A program made the translations under genes and the position numbers. Shown in pieces: positions 18,673 through 28,757 of a stretch of 43,617 nt of DNA; within the stretch, counting starts at the first letter, position 1, and each line of letters opens with the position of its first letter. Below the pieces are notes generated by a model. That model worked only from the letters and a program-made list of their open reading frames with translations. It had not been told where the DNA came from and did not search any database. The stretch is from the sequence record SRR20825010_6878; one strand, 5' to 3'.

Positions 18673-20037
18673 CTATTTTTTGTTGGAGAATAATGCCTCG
18701 AAACTAACTACGCCTTCTTCCATGCATCTGTCTTCATCCTCACGGTTGAAAATAGTGATATTTTCAACTGCTTCTTCAGGATTAATATAGATACGTTGGT
18801 CAGCAATATCTGTAGCTCTATCGAAGTACTTCACACCATCCACGAAAGTCATAACAGGAATAGCGTAAACAGATAGAGGATGACCTTCGAAAATTGCGAT
18901 ATCGGCATCTTTACCTTCTTCAATTGAACCAACTCTATTGTCGATACCTAATTGTTTGGCAGGGTTTAGTGTGATTAAAGAAAGGGCTTCTTCGTCAGTT
19001 AAGTCACCATATTTCTGCGTTTTGGCAGCTTCATGGAATAAGTGACGGATCAATTCTCCTGAATCAGAGTTAATTGAAGTTAATACGCCATTTCTAGTAA
19101 GAATAGTAGCATTGTAAGCTGTAGACCAGTATACTTCTAATTTATATGCCCACCAGTCAGCGAAAACTGAAGCGCTTGCTCCAAACTCAGCCAATTCAGA
19201 AGCTACTTTATAAGCTTCGTTAGCGTGTTGGAAAGTAAGTTTTTCAATACCGAAATCAGTAAAAACTTTCAATAACATATAAATCTCATCCGCACGGTAA
19301 GAGTGACAATGCACCAAAACTTTACCATCTAGAATATCCACTAACGTTTCCATTCTTAGGTCATATTCCGGAGCTACTTTTCTTGGGTTTTTGTCAGCCT
19401 TATAAGCGTTCCAAGTATTTCTGTATGAAATTGCATCGTTGAATGAGTTTCTCAACATTGCCTCAACACCCATACGGCTTGAAGGCTGAATACCACGAGA
19501 ACGACCACCTCTAGTTGGGTTTTCACCCAAAGCGAATTTAATTGTTCTTGGCGCATTTTCGAACTTCAATTCCTCAGGATTAGAAGTTCCATAACGAAGT
19601 TTCAAAGTTTCACTTTCTCCACCAATTACGTTAGCAGAACCGTGTAGTGCGTGCGTAGAAGTTACACCACCAGCCAATGCTCTGTAAATAGAAACATCAA
19701 AAGGATCAATAACATCGCCCATATTTACTTCAGCAGTAACTTGGCTTGTTCCTTCGTTAACAGAGCTAAGTGCAATATGAGAGTGGGCATCTATAATACC
19801 AGGCATAATAAATTTGCCTGTAGCGTCAATCTCTTGAACTCCATTTGGAGCCTTAAGATTTTTTCCAATTCTAGAAATCTTACCGTCTCGAATTAGAACG
19901 TCTGTATTGGCCAAAGTACCTTTGGTAATAGTCAAAACGGTTCCATTCTTAATCAGCACATCTCCCTTCTTTACTTGGGCATTTGAAACAAAGCCTGTAA
20001 AGAAAATAAGTGTTAGTATTAAAATATTCTTTTTCAT
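18673..20037 (-). CDS. Secreted amidohydrolase-family protein (metal-binding, imidazolonepropionase-like)
   Basis: Signal peptide, PGIIDAHSH, IKFALGENP, HCHSY, QHANE, INSD and GSIEEGKDAD. Confidence 0.9.
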   Translation of the reverse strand: MKKNILILTLIFFTGFVSNAQVKKGDVLIKNGTVLTITKGTLANTDVLIRDGKISRIGKNLKAPNGVQEIDATGKFIMPGIIDAHSHIALSSVNEGTSQVTAEVNMGDVIDPFDVSIYRALAGGVTSTHALHGSANVIGGESETLKLRYGTSNPEELKFENAPRTIKFALGENPTRGGRSRGIQPSSRMGVEAMLRNSFNDAISYRNTWNAYKADKNPRKVAPEYDLRMETLVDILDGKVLVHCHSYRADEIYMLLKVFTDFGIEKLTFQHANEAYKVASELAEFGASASVFADWWAYKLEVYWSTAYNATILTRNGVLTSINSDSGELIRHLFHEAAKTQKYGDLTDEEALSLITLNPAKQLGIDNRVGSIEEGKDADIAIFEGHPLSVYAIPVMTFVDGVKYFDRATDIADQRIYINPEEAVENITIFNREDEDRCMEEGVVSFEALFSNKK

Positions 20038-20048
20038 GTTTTCAGATT

Positions 20049-21743
20049 TTATTGACCGTCTTTAACAGCGCTCATCGGAGTAGAGAAATTGAAGGCAGAA
20101 ACAGTAACCTCAGCATCATATTGATTACCAGTAACGGTTCCAGAAACAACTAATTCAACAGATTGACCTCCTGCATCTATCATAAAGATGAAGCTAAGTG
20201 TGCCATTGGCAAAAACTATTTCTTGCATGTTGGCATCAGGGGCACCGTCATTGCTGGTCATTTTACCAGTATATGTACCGCCATCTTTCGCGAAGGTCAT
20301 TTTACCAGTTGAGGCACCTTGAGGCGTTTCAAAGTTATAAGTCCATGAACCAACAATTGGGTCATTTCCAGCAGCAGCTGATCTGTTACCATTTCCGGCT
20401 GCACTTTTCTCTTTGATTTCGAAGTCATACTTGTCACCATCCACAAACATAAATTTGATTTGTGAATCTTTAGTGAAGTAAGGTGCATTGCTCACCATAA
20501 TGTTGGCAATTTTACCAGCTTCTACGGTTCCTGTGATTTTATCAATCCCTAAAAGACCAGCAGCATTTGTTGTAAGTGCAGCAAGTGCGTCACTTTCGCT
20601 CAAACCATTTTCTATCATGATCAATAAATTGGCCTTCACTTTAGTGCTCGTTGCATCAAGTGAAGAAAAACCAAATTTTACACCTGAATTAGCTAGAGAA
20701 GCCGCTTGACTAACATATTTTTTGTAGAAGTCCACTTTTCTAGCTTCTAACCTTTTGGTTTCTTCTGTCATTTCATCTAAATCTTTTCCTTTCGCTTCTT
20801 TCGGAGCATCAGGTAAATCTAGAGACAAGAATACGCTCGTGCCATTGTCTTTAAACATTTGGCCTAAATCCCATGCTTGCTTTACATTACCAACCATCAG
20901 TTTAAAACCTAGTTCCTTTTGTAATCTCATTGCCCTTTGAACTTCAAGAACTCCAGAAGCATCGTACATTACAGCTTGTTGTTTAGTAACTACAGGGAAG
21001 AAAGCTTCTGTTACTCTGTCTCTTTCTGGTCTCTCAATGCCGCTTGGGTTCTCAGCATAATAATCATAATGCTTCTTGTCGTTTTCTGCATTACGATAAA
21101 GGTTTCTGTATTTGGCCATAATACCCAATACGTTACCAGGATAAGCACCTGGAGCACCAGCAAACTGAGTGAACATAGTTACATCTTTAGACAAGATCAG
21201 TTCGTCTGCATGCTTCTTATCACCTAAAAGAATGATAGAACCAGCCCCCGGAAGCATTCTTCCAAAAGGAACTGAATGCGAAACTGCAAAACCTTCTTTT
21301 CTCATTGAAGCAATTGTATTGCTTTCAATATCCAGTTGATCCAAAAGGCTGTGCTCAGGAGTTATTCCAGCATAGTCATTTGGTGGATCTGGGCTGAAAA
21401 GGTTGTTCGGGCGAGGAGTGTTTTCAGGGCGTTTTGCTCCCGTATTAGCAAGCCCGTCAATAAATCCAGCATAAACATACATGTCTTTGCCGTCAATTAC
21501 TTGTGCATTCGTAGGTACCGTTACATTGGTGCCTACAGCCTGAATTAGGCCATTTTTAATCACTACGGTTGCTCCTTTTAACTCCTTACCAGGTGCTTGA
21601 ATCACCGTTGCATTGGTGATGGCGAAGGTTCGAGTTACTGCTGATTCTCCGGTGGGATCACTTTGAGCATTTAAGCTCACCGTGCTTACCGTTAGCAGCA
21701 TAAGGAAAACCGCGCGAATGGTTTTCGTAAGTAGTAGTTTCAT
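20049..21743 (-). CDS. Secreted amidohydrolase-family protein lacking HxH, with an extra C-terminal beta-rich domain
   Basis: Signal peptide, AGFIDGLANT in place of the HxH motif, GTVEAGKIAN, a linker, then ~100 aa starting IVGSWTYNFETPQG. Confidence 0.85.
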   Translation of the reverse strand: MKLLLTKTIRAVFLMLLTVSTVSLNAQSDPTGESAVTRTFAITNATVIQAPGKELKGATVVIKNGLIQAVGTNVTVPTNAQVIDGKDMYVYAGFIDGLANTGAKRPENTPRPNNLFSPDPPNDYAGITPEHSLLDQLDIESNTIASMRKEGFAVSHSVPFGRMLPGAGSIILLGDKKHADELILSKDVTMFTQFAGAPGAYPGNVLGIMAKYRNLYRNAENDKKHYDYYAENPSGIERPERDRVTEAFFPVVTKQQAVMYDASGVLEVQRAMRLQKELGFKLMVGNVKQAWDLGQMFKDNGTSVFLSLDLPDAPKEAKGKDLDEMTEETKRLEARKVDFYKKYVSQAASLANSGVKFGFSSLDATSTKVKANLLIMIENGLSESDALAALTTNAAGLLGIDKITGTVEAGKIANIMVSNAPYFTKDSQIKFMFVDGDKYDFEIKEKSAAGNGNRSAAAGNDPIVGSWTYNFETPQGASTGKMTFAKDGGTYTGKMTSNDGAPDANMQEIVFANGTLSFIFMIDAGGQSVELVVSGTVTGNQYDAEVTVSAFNFSTPMSAVKDGQ

Positions 21744-21811
21744 TCTTAGCGCTTTGAATTGTTGAAAATTAAAAACCTAATATATAAGAAACTACGGCTC
21801 TTTTTCAAAGC

Positions 21812-21819
21812 CAAATATA
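21812..21819 (-). promoter_or_regulatory. Candidate Bacteroidota sigma70 -7 element for the amidohydrolase operon
   Basis: TATATTTG on the minus strand matches TAnnTTTG about 70 nt upstream of the ATG at 21743. No clean -33 TTTG. Confidence 0.4.
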
Positions 21820-21971
21820 GGAGTGGTAAGATTCCAATTTGAGTATAGAGAGAATTGACATTATTTTAAAGCTGAGAGGTCAAACCTGTTTGTTTGCTGA
21901 ACCATACTTCATTATTCAAATCATCCGTACCTGACAAACCTAAAAGTATCTCCTCCACTTAATACCAAACA

Positions 21972-21999
21972 AAAAAAGGGCTCATACGAGCCCTTTTTT
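21972..21999 (-). terminator. Intrinsic terminator downstream of the metalloprotease
   Basis: AAAAAAGGGCTC-ATAC-GAGCCCTTTTTT perfect hairpin 18 nt past the stop at 22018. Confidence 0.9.
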
Positions 22000-22017
22000 A
22001 AAGATTTTAAAATCTGT

Positions 22018-24486
22018 TTACTTTGGGTCAAGAATGTTAGCTATTCGATCTAATAGATCTTCTAAATGAATTGAGCTGGCCCTGTCTGTAAATTTGCCTT
22101 TGTTGCTCTTGATCTCTTGCTGAAGAGCTTTCAATTCGGATTTCACTACTGGACGGATATCCGATTGTGTAACATTCACCTGTCTTGCTTGGAATGAGTT
22201 TGAATCAGTGGTCATTAACGATTCAAGCTTTCCAACAAACGATCTCTGTAGATTTCTACGGTAGGTATCAATTTCTGCACCTGAGGTAAGCTCAGAAAAA
22301 AGACCTTTTCTCATATCACCAAAAAGTTGATAAATGGTATAAGTGTTTCTTCCTTTGAAGGCTTCTGCCTCAATAAGTCTTTGTGCTCTAGTTGGGTCCA
22401 AAACTGAATTAAGGAAAGAAGACTGAGTTCCACTGATACGGTTTACGGCACCATAGTTTTCAAGTCTTCTAAGTAATTCTTCATCAAGTAACCATTCAGG
22501 CGTACTGAAAGCATATTTCTGCATCCATGCCATGGCTTCCTTTTGATAGGTTTCTGGAACTACATTAAATACTGCTCCAGACTGGTCAGTTGATTTCAAA
22601 TCTTCGGTAATGCCACCGATTACCGTAGTAACATGCCCTGTGAAACGTCTCCACTGGCCAATGATCTCACCATAGATTTCATTGGTTTCAGTATAATCTT
22701 CACCAGCAGTAGTGGTCCAAGTCAATAAGTTAGGCACTACCTTTTTGAGGTTTTCCATTCCATACATACTTGCCATTACAGCATTGTCTCCTAAATCTTC
22801 GGTTTGTGCTTCTGGGTTACTTCCATTACTACTTCCAAAGCGATACATTCTGTCATTGGCCTTTTCCATTATCCACTTGTCTAATGTACTAGATTCGGCT
22901 TGTGGTGTATTGGCAGAAGGAATTACTCTATAGCCCCAGTTGATGGAATACTTATCGTAAGGGCCAATTTTGCGGATAAAGCGGGTTACACCATCACCAG
23001 GTTGTGCAATGTAGTTTACACGAGCGTAATCCATAATGGTAGGGGCTACACCATATTCTTGCGTAAACTCAGGGTCTCTTAACTTTTCAACTGGGTAGGC
23101 TGAACTGGCTTTCATATTGTGAGGTAAACCTAGCGCATGTCCAATTTCATGAGCAATTACCGCTCTCATCATTTCACCAATCTCATCTTCTGGCACATCA
23201 AGACTTCTTGCTAAAGGGTTGGCAGCGCCTGTCTGAATCATGTACCAGTTTCGATATGACCTCAAATGATTATGGAACCATACAATATCACTCTCAATAA
23301 TTTCACCTGTTCTAGGATCGGCAGTGCTTGGCCCAACTGCATTTCTTGTCATGCTGGCTACGTAACGCACCGTTGAATAACGAGCATCCTCTGGAGACCA
23401 ATCTGGATCTTCCTCTTTGCTTGGAGGCTCTTTGGCGATGATGGCGTTTTTAAAACCAGCGGCTTCAAAAGCTACTTGCCAATCTTCAATTCCAAGTTTA
23501 AACCACTTTACAAACCTTTCTGGAGTGGCAGGGTCTAAGTAATAAACAATGGGTTTGATAGGCTCCACCAACTCTCCTCTGGCATAAGCTGCAGGGTCTT
23601 TTGGCTCTAATCTCCATCTTTTCAAGAAGGTTTGTTGATCACCTTTTAGTTTTAGGGAGCTATAATTAATATTGCTTTGAGTAAACCAGCCAACACGCTC
23701 ATCTGCCAATCTAGGCATCATTTTGTTCTCGGGTAGTTTAATCATCGACTGACTTACTTCGACAGTCATTAAACCTAATTCAGAATTTGAAGGAGGTCTT
23801 CCTGCATCATAAGTCATTACCTGACGTACTTCTACGTTGATCGGAAAACTCTTTACCGAGGACAAATAACTCTTTTCGCTGTCAAGTCTACGTACTTGAA
23901 ACTGCGTTCGCATTCCATTACTTATCGCGCTAATGGCTTTTGTGTCTTGGGTGAAGAATTTACTTACATCAATTAAGTAAGCCTCTGAACCATCTGGTTG
24001 TCCTTCTATTTTGAAAGAACCGATAATAGGGGACAAGTTATTGTCTGCCACTGATTTAGAGATGGCGTCCGTAGTGTCTGCTACGTTGTTGAATGAAATA
24101 GACTTGAGTAGAATGTTTTCATTTAACTTCTCCCATTTTACTATTTGCTCACTCATTTTCCAACCACTGCCTATAAAGCCACCGAAGTTTTCGGGTACTG
24201 CAACTACTCTAGTTACCCAAAGCATGTCCTTACCCAATTCCGACTTAGGGATTTCGAACATGACCTTATCGTCTTTTTGATAAAGCTTGAAAAGCCCTTC
24301 ATCTTCATTCAGGTCCTTTACAAGGTCTGAATATCCTTTTTCTTTTTTCTCTGGTTTTACTTCAGGAGCCGTTTGTTCCGTGGTAGTATTGTTTCTGTTT
24401 CTTTGGGCATTTAGTTCTGTAGGCAATGCCCCAATTGTAGCGAAAGACAACGCTAAGATTGCAGTGCTTCGTAATTTCAATTTCAT
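22018..24486 (-). CDS. Secreted zinc metalloprotease, Met-zincin (DUF5117/DUF4953-type)
   Basis: HEIGHALGLPH (HExxHxxGxxH) and Met-turn TIMDY. Signal peptide follows MKLKLR, so the start is placed at 24486 rather than 24516. Confidence 0.88.
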   Translation of the reverse strand: MKLKLRSTAILALSFATIGALPTELNAQRNRNNTTTEQTAPEVKPEKKEKGYSDLVKDLNEDEGLFKLYQKDDKVMFEIPKSELGKDMLWVTRVVAVPENFGGFIGSGWKMSEQIVKWEKLNENILLKSISFNNVADTTDAISKSVADNNLSPIIGSFKIEGQPDGSEAYLIDVSKFFTQDTKAISAISNGMRTQFQVRRLDSEKSYLSSVKSFPINVEVRQVMTYDAGRPPSNSELGLMTVEVSQSMIKLPENKMMPRLADERVGWFTQSNINYSSLKLKGDQQTFLKRWRLEPKDPAAYARGELVEPIKPIVYYLDPATPERFVKWFKLGIEDWQVAFEAAGFKNAIIAKEPPSKEEDPDWSPEDARYSTVRYVASMTRNAVGPSTADPRTGEIIESDIVWFHNHLRSYRNWYMIQTGAANPLARSLDVPEDEIGEMMRAVIAHEIGHALGLPHNMKASSAYPVEKLRDPEFTQEYGVAPTIMDYARVNYIAQPGDGVTRFIRKIGPYDKYSINWGYRVIPSANTPQAESSTLDKWIMEKANDRMYRFGSSNGSNPEAQTEDLGDNAVMASMYGMENLKKVVPNLLTWTTTAGEDYTETNEIYGEIIGQWRRFTGHVTTVIGGITEDLKSTDQSGAVFNVVPETYQKEAMAWMQKYAFSTPEWLLDEELLRRLENYGAVNRISGTQSSFLNSVLDPTRAQRLIEAEAFKGRNTYTIYQLFGDMRKGLFSELTSGAEIDTYRRNLQRSFVGKLESLMTTDSNSFQARQVNVTQSDIRPVVKSELKALQQEIKSNKGKFTDRASSIHLEDLLDRIANILDPK

Positions 24487-24607
24487 AATAAAGTGGTTAA
24501 ATGAATTTTTGACCAATCAGTAAATGAACATCGAATGAGATTATTGTGGAACTTTTATTTAACACAAAGGGTAAATGGTTATGTTAGTGGTCACAGATAA
24601 AATTGAA

Positions 24608-25513
24608 ATGAACAGGTATTGGGGATTAGCGAAGGAGTCTTACAGTGGATATGCAAATTATATCTGGAACGAAATCACCTTTCAGTACGATTATAAGCCC
24701 CTTTGGCAGAATTACTTTTGGGGATTAATTCTTTTGTCACTTTTCTTTTTTGTTTGGGAATGGCTTAGGCCTTGGAGAAAAGAGCAACCTAAATTTAGGA
24801 AGGACTTTTGGCTCGATGCCTTTTACATGTTCTTTAACTTTTTTCTTTTCTCACTTATTATATTCAATGCGCTGTCTGATGTTTTTGTAAACTTATTCAA
24901 TGACTTTTTAGGCGTTTTTGGCCTTGCTAATGTAGTCGCCTTAAAGATTGAAACGTGGCCCAAAATTGCGCAACTCTTTATGCTTTTCATCATCCGAGAT
25001 TTTATCCAATGGTGGATACACAGGTTACTACATGCGTCATCAAAGCTGTGGGAATTTCATAAGGTGCATCATTCGGTAGAGCAGATGGGGTTTGCAGCCC
25101 ACTTACGCTATCATTGGATGGAAACCATCGTATATCGAACTATTGAATATCTGCCGTTGGCTATGATTGGCTTCGGAATTGATGATTTTTTCTTCGTCCA
25201 TATGTTTACCCTAGCGGTGGGGCATTGGAACCATGCCAACATCAACGTGAGACTGGGTTATTTAAAATACATTTTCAATAACCCCAACATGCACATGTGG
25301 CATCATGCCCATGATTTACCAAAAGAGAGAAGAACCGGAGTCAATTTTGGATTAACATTAAGTCTTTGGGATTACATTTTCAGAACAGCCTATATTCCAC
25401 ATAGTGGAAAGGATATTAAGCTCGGCTTCCCAGGAGTGAAGAAATTCCCAAAGAGCTTTATCGGTCAAATTTCGCATGGTTTTAATACGAAAGGTTCTTC
25501 CGAAAAGGAGTAG
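24608..25513 (+). CDS. Sterol desaturase / fatty acid hydroxylase superfamily membrane protein
   Basis: His boxes HRLLH, HKVHH, HWNH and HMWHH plus TM segments. Start ATG at 24608 preferred (ORF track gives 24575). Confidence 0.88.
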   Translation: MNRYWGLAKESYSGYANYIWNEITFQYDYKPLWQNYFWGLILLSLFFFVWEWLRPWRKEQPKFRKDFWLDAFYMFFNFFLFSLIIFNALSDVFVNLFNDFLGVFGLANVVALKIETWPKIAQLFMLFIIRDFIQWWIHRLLHASSKLWEFHKVHHSVEQMGFAAHLRYHWMETIVYRTIEYLPLAMIGFGIDDFFFVHMFTLAVGHWNHANINVRLGYLKYIFNNPNMHMWHHAHDLPKERRTGVNFGLTLSLWDYIFRTAYIPHSGKDIKLGFPGVKKFPKSFIGQISHGFNTKGSSEKE

Positions 25514-25626
25514 TCGTGTCGTTTTGATACGACTAGAACATGAGTTTAAATGATGACTTAGTAATTTTTTTGGCCTGACTACATCATTTTTTCAATTTTT
25601 TGGTTTATCATGTCGAATAGAAAGCC

Positions 25627-26034
25627 ATGAACAAACAAATAATCCGAAACGCCCAAAACGAGATTTTCTACGAAGCGAAGCTCGATCAAGAGAACGGTTG
25701 GATCTATATCAATTGGATTGGAGACATTGAACTTGAGGATGTTAAAAGAGGAACTCAAGCTTACTTGGACCTGCTTGCTATTTCCGGTTGTAGAAAGTTA
25801 TTGAACGATAATAGTTTACTTACCAGTAATTTTTTGGAGATCAATGAATGGATAGAGGCCAACGTAGTACCTGTGGCCGTTCAAACTGGTTTACGATACA
25901 TGGCACATATACTCTCTCCCAAATTTATTGCTCGATTTTCAGGCATTGATTTAGGACTTCGTTTAAAACCCGTTGAATTCCATGCATTTAAAGAATTGAA
26001 GAAGGCGGAAAAATGGCTTAATTCTAAAAGTTAA
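25627..26034 (+). CDS. Hypothetical protein, STAS/SpoIIAA-like small domain
   Basis: 135 aa with W.G, LLNDNS, W...V.P...GLRY.A and F.....AEKWL patterns. Start context AAGCC-ATG as in the permeases. Confidence 0.65.
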   Translation: MNKQIIRNAQNEIFYEAKLDQENGWIYINWIGDIELEDVKRGTQAYLDLLAISGCRKLLNDNSLLTSNFLEINEWIEANVVPVAVQTGLRYMAHILSPKFIARFSGIDLGLRLKPVEFHAFKELKKAEKWLNSKS

Positions 26035-26082
26035 ATCGATAAATTATTACATAGGCAAATCTATCTCTACAGCACACTATAA

Positions 26083-27237
26083 TTGTCAGACAATAAGTTC
26101 TATACTCGCCTTTCCATTCAAAAGAGCACAATTAGCCAGCTCTTGGCCAACGAAGCGATGTTTTCCCATTGTCCGCCCGATTGGGTTGTGATCACCACAG
26201 ATATTAAAAATTCGACCAACAGCATTAAGAATGGCAAACATCAACTTGTCAATTTGATTGCCACTGGTAGTATTATTGCAGGCCTAAATATTGCTCATAA
26301 GGCAAATATCGAAATACCATTTTTCTTTGGTGGGGATGGAGCAGCCATGCTTGTTCCTTTGGCTTTAAAGGGAGAGACTTTAAACGCATTGCTTGAACAT
26401 AGGCAGAATACAAAAAAGAACTTTGATTTAGATTTGAGAGTAGGTTCTATACCCGTTTCTGAAATCTATGAAAATGGTCATAATATAATGATTGCTAAAG
26501 CTCAAATCACCAAAACATTAGTATCGCCTGTTATTGTTGGCTCGGGTCTGCATTATGCCGAAAAAGTACTGAAAAACAGCCACCCCCCTCTAACGTTAGA
26601 CACTAATCAATTGGGCTATTTATCGCTTGAGGGTATGAATTGTAGGTGGAATGAGATAAAAGCACCAAATACGGGGAATGAAGTATTAAGCCTTTTGGTC
26701 GATGTGATCGATCCAGCCGAACAACATGCAATGATGGCCAAAGTAATGCTGAAAATGGAAGGGATTTATGGTGACATCGCAAAGCGCAGCCCGATTTCTT
26801 TAGGAAAACTCAACTTAAAGCCAACTTTTAGCAAGCTTCAACAAGAAATAAAAGTAAAATTTGGGGAGCGGAGTTTCTTTCGAACTTTATCTGCATCAAT
26901 AATGACCTTTATTGGCAAGTCCTATTTACCAAATTCAAAAAAAGGAAGGCGCTATTTGACCAATATGGTTGAATCATCAGATACATTGGTGATTGATGGA
27001 AGAATTAACACGGTGATATCGGGGAGCAACGATCAAAGTACATCACTCATTTCAGCTTTGACTAAAATGGAAAATGACGGTCAAATTTACTTTGGTTATC
27101 ATATCACAAATGCTTCTATTATTTCTTGTTATGTAAGAAACATGGAGGCCGAACATGTGCATTTTGTTGACGGTCTTGGGGGAGGTTATACCCAAGCCTC
27201 CAAGATGTTGAAAAGTAAATACCAAAAAGCACTTTAA
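26083..27237 (+). CDS. DUF3095-family protein
   Basis: [24 protein letters not shown] and HVHFVDG..GGYTQA motifs. TTG start. Confidence 0.75.
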   Translation: MSDNKFYTRLSIQKSTISQLLANEAMFSHCPPDWVVITTDIKNSTNSIKNGKHQLVNLIATGSIIAGLNIAHKANIEIPFFFGGDGAAMLVPLALKGETLNALLEHRQNTKKNFDLDLRVGSIPVSEIYENGHNIMIAKAQITKTLVSPVIVGSGLHYAEKVLKNSHPPLTLDTNQLGYLSLEGMNCRWNEIKAPNTGNEVLSLLVDVIDPAEQHAMMAKVMLKMEGIYGDIAKRSPISLGKLNLKPTFSKLQQEIKVKFGERSFFRTLSASIMTFIGKSYLPNSKKGRRYLTNMVESSDTLVIDGRINTVISGSNDQSTSLISALTKMENDGQIYFGYHITNASIISCYVRNMEAEHVHFVDGLGGGYTQASKMLKSKYQKAL

Positions 27238-27289
27238 TCCATTTGGAAGTACTCTCTTTTTTAGACATTTTCAAGTCAAATTATTAATC

Positions 27290-28081
27290 ATGAGATCACA
27301 CGAAATAGATTATGAATTGCATGGCGATGACATGCAAATGGTGGAAATAGAGCTTGATCCACAGGAAACAGTAATTGCCGAAGCCGGTGCCATGAACTGG
27401 ATGGAAGAAGATATTGATTTTCAAGCCAAAATGGGTGACGGATCGGAACCAGATAACGGCATTTTTGGGAAATTACTGAGTGTCGGAAAACGAGTGCTTA
27501 CTGGTGAATCCATTTTTATGACCCATTTCACCAATTTGGGTCACACAAAGCGCAAAGTCACCTTTGCTGCACCATACCCAGGCAAAATTATTCCTATTGA
27601 TTTAAATGAAATTGGACAAAGTATTATCTGTCAGAAAGATGCATTTCTTTGTGCCGCTATGGGTACAAACGTTTCTATTGCCTTTAACAGAAAACTAGGT
27701 GCTGGTTTTTTTGGTGGCGAAGGTTTTATTCTTCAGAAACTTCAAGGTGATGGAATGGCATTTATGCATGCTGGCGGTACGGTAGTAAAAAGGCAATTGA
27801 ATGGTGAAACCTTGCGTGTTGATACAGGGTGTATCGTAGCGTTTTCACCTGGTATTGATTATGACATTCAGCGAGCGGGTAATTTGAAATCAATGTTCTT
27901 TGGTGGAGAAGGTTTGTTTTTGGCTACTTTAAGAGGTACTGGAACCGTTTATTTACAAAGCTTGCCTTTCTCAAGGCTAGCCGATAGAATTATCCAACAT
28001 GCACCAAGGGTAGGTGGTTCTTCAAAAGGGGAGGGCTCAATTCTGGGTGGCCTTGGAAGAATGATTGATGGTGATAGATAA
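27290..28081 (+). CDS. TIGR00266 / AIM24-family protein
   Basis: [28 protein letters not shown], and [10 protein letters not shown]. Confidence 0.9.
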   Translation: MRSHEIDYELHGDDMQMVEIELDPQETVIAEAGAMNWMEEDIDFQAKMGDGSEPDNGIFGKLLSVGKRVLTGESIFMTHFTNLGHTKRKVTFAAPYPGKIIPIDLNEIGQSIICQKDAFLCAAMGTNVSIAFNRKLGAGFFGGEGFILQKLQGDGMAFMHAGGTVVKRQLNGETLRVDTGCIVAFSPGIDYDIQRAGNLKSMFFGGEGLFLATLRGTGTVYLQSLPFSRLADRIIQHAPRVGGSSKGEGSILGGLGRMIDGDR

Positions 28082-28176
28082 CTGCATCACTATGGGCTGA
28101 AAGCACCAGAGTTTTGGGAGAGAATGAAATTCTTATGGTATTGAAGTCAAGATATTAGACTTTTTGATCCCAACGG

Positions 28177-28216
28177 AAAAAGGCATTAAGCAAGAATTCC
28201 CGCTTAATGCCTTTTT
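28177..28216. terminator. Bidirectional intrinsic terminator
   Basis: AAAAAGGCATTAAGC-N10-GCTTAATGCCTTTTT between convergent genes. Confidence 0.9.
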
Positions 28217-28254
28217 AAATATTAGGCTACACTGATACTAGTTGAGGACTTAAT

Positions 28255-28752
28255 TCATTTCTGCAATATCTTCAGCATTTGCTTCTCGTCTAAATACTGA
28301 AAATAGCGAGCTGTAGCTTCAAATTTTTCATTCAATACGACCATTGCAGGCAAAGAAAAGGGTTTTCCTTTTCTGCTGGCCATCATTAAAGGGATTTCAT
28401 GAACCGATTTTCGCTTATTGGCATTTTTATTTCTGAATTTTGTATTGCCAAAGCTAATAATCTCCTCTGATTCAATATCCATTTTCACTACGTGATATCC
28501 ATTTTTTAAGGCTTCAATAATAGCCTCATCCTTAAAAGCAACTCGTTCCATTTTATGGCAGTAGGTGCACCAATCTGCATAAAAAAATACAAACACCTTT
28601 TTGGGGTTAACTTTTAGCGAGTCTTCTAATTGCTCAAAATTAAGCCAATTCACTTTATTTGCTTGTTGTGCAAATAACCGATTATGCCCGATGCAGGTTA
28701 TGCAGAGGCAAATCAGTAATGTGGTCAAAAGATTTGGTGCTTTTTTTACCAT
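28255..28752 (-). CDS. Exported thioredoxin-fold protein (DUF255/SoxW-like)
   Basis: FYADWCTYCHKM CxxC motif and hydrophobic N-terminus. Starts 5 nt after the TonB receptor stop. Confidence 0.85.
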   Translation of the reverse strand: MVKKAPNLLTTLLICLCITCIGHNRLFAQQANKVNWLNFEQLEDSLKVNPKKVFVFFYADWCTYCHKMERVAFKDEAIIEALKNGYHVVKMDIESEEIISFGNTKFRNKNANKRKSVHEIPLMMASRKGKPFSLPAMVVLNEKFEATARYFQYLDEKQMLKILQK

Positions 28753-28757
28753 TCTTG

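Noticed and set aside
21866-21958. 30-codon GTG-start minus-strand ORF in the intergenic gap
   Set aside because: It is short, starts immediately after a terminator and has no recognisable motif.
17767-24523. Plus-strand and alternative-frame ORFs overlapping the amidohydrolase and protease genes
   Set aside because: Shadow ORFs of strongly supported minus-strand genes.
24580-24595. Possible second Crp/Fnr-like site (TATGT-N6-TCACA) upstream of the desaturase
   Set aside because: Only one good half-site, which is expected by chance in AT-rich DNA.
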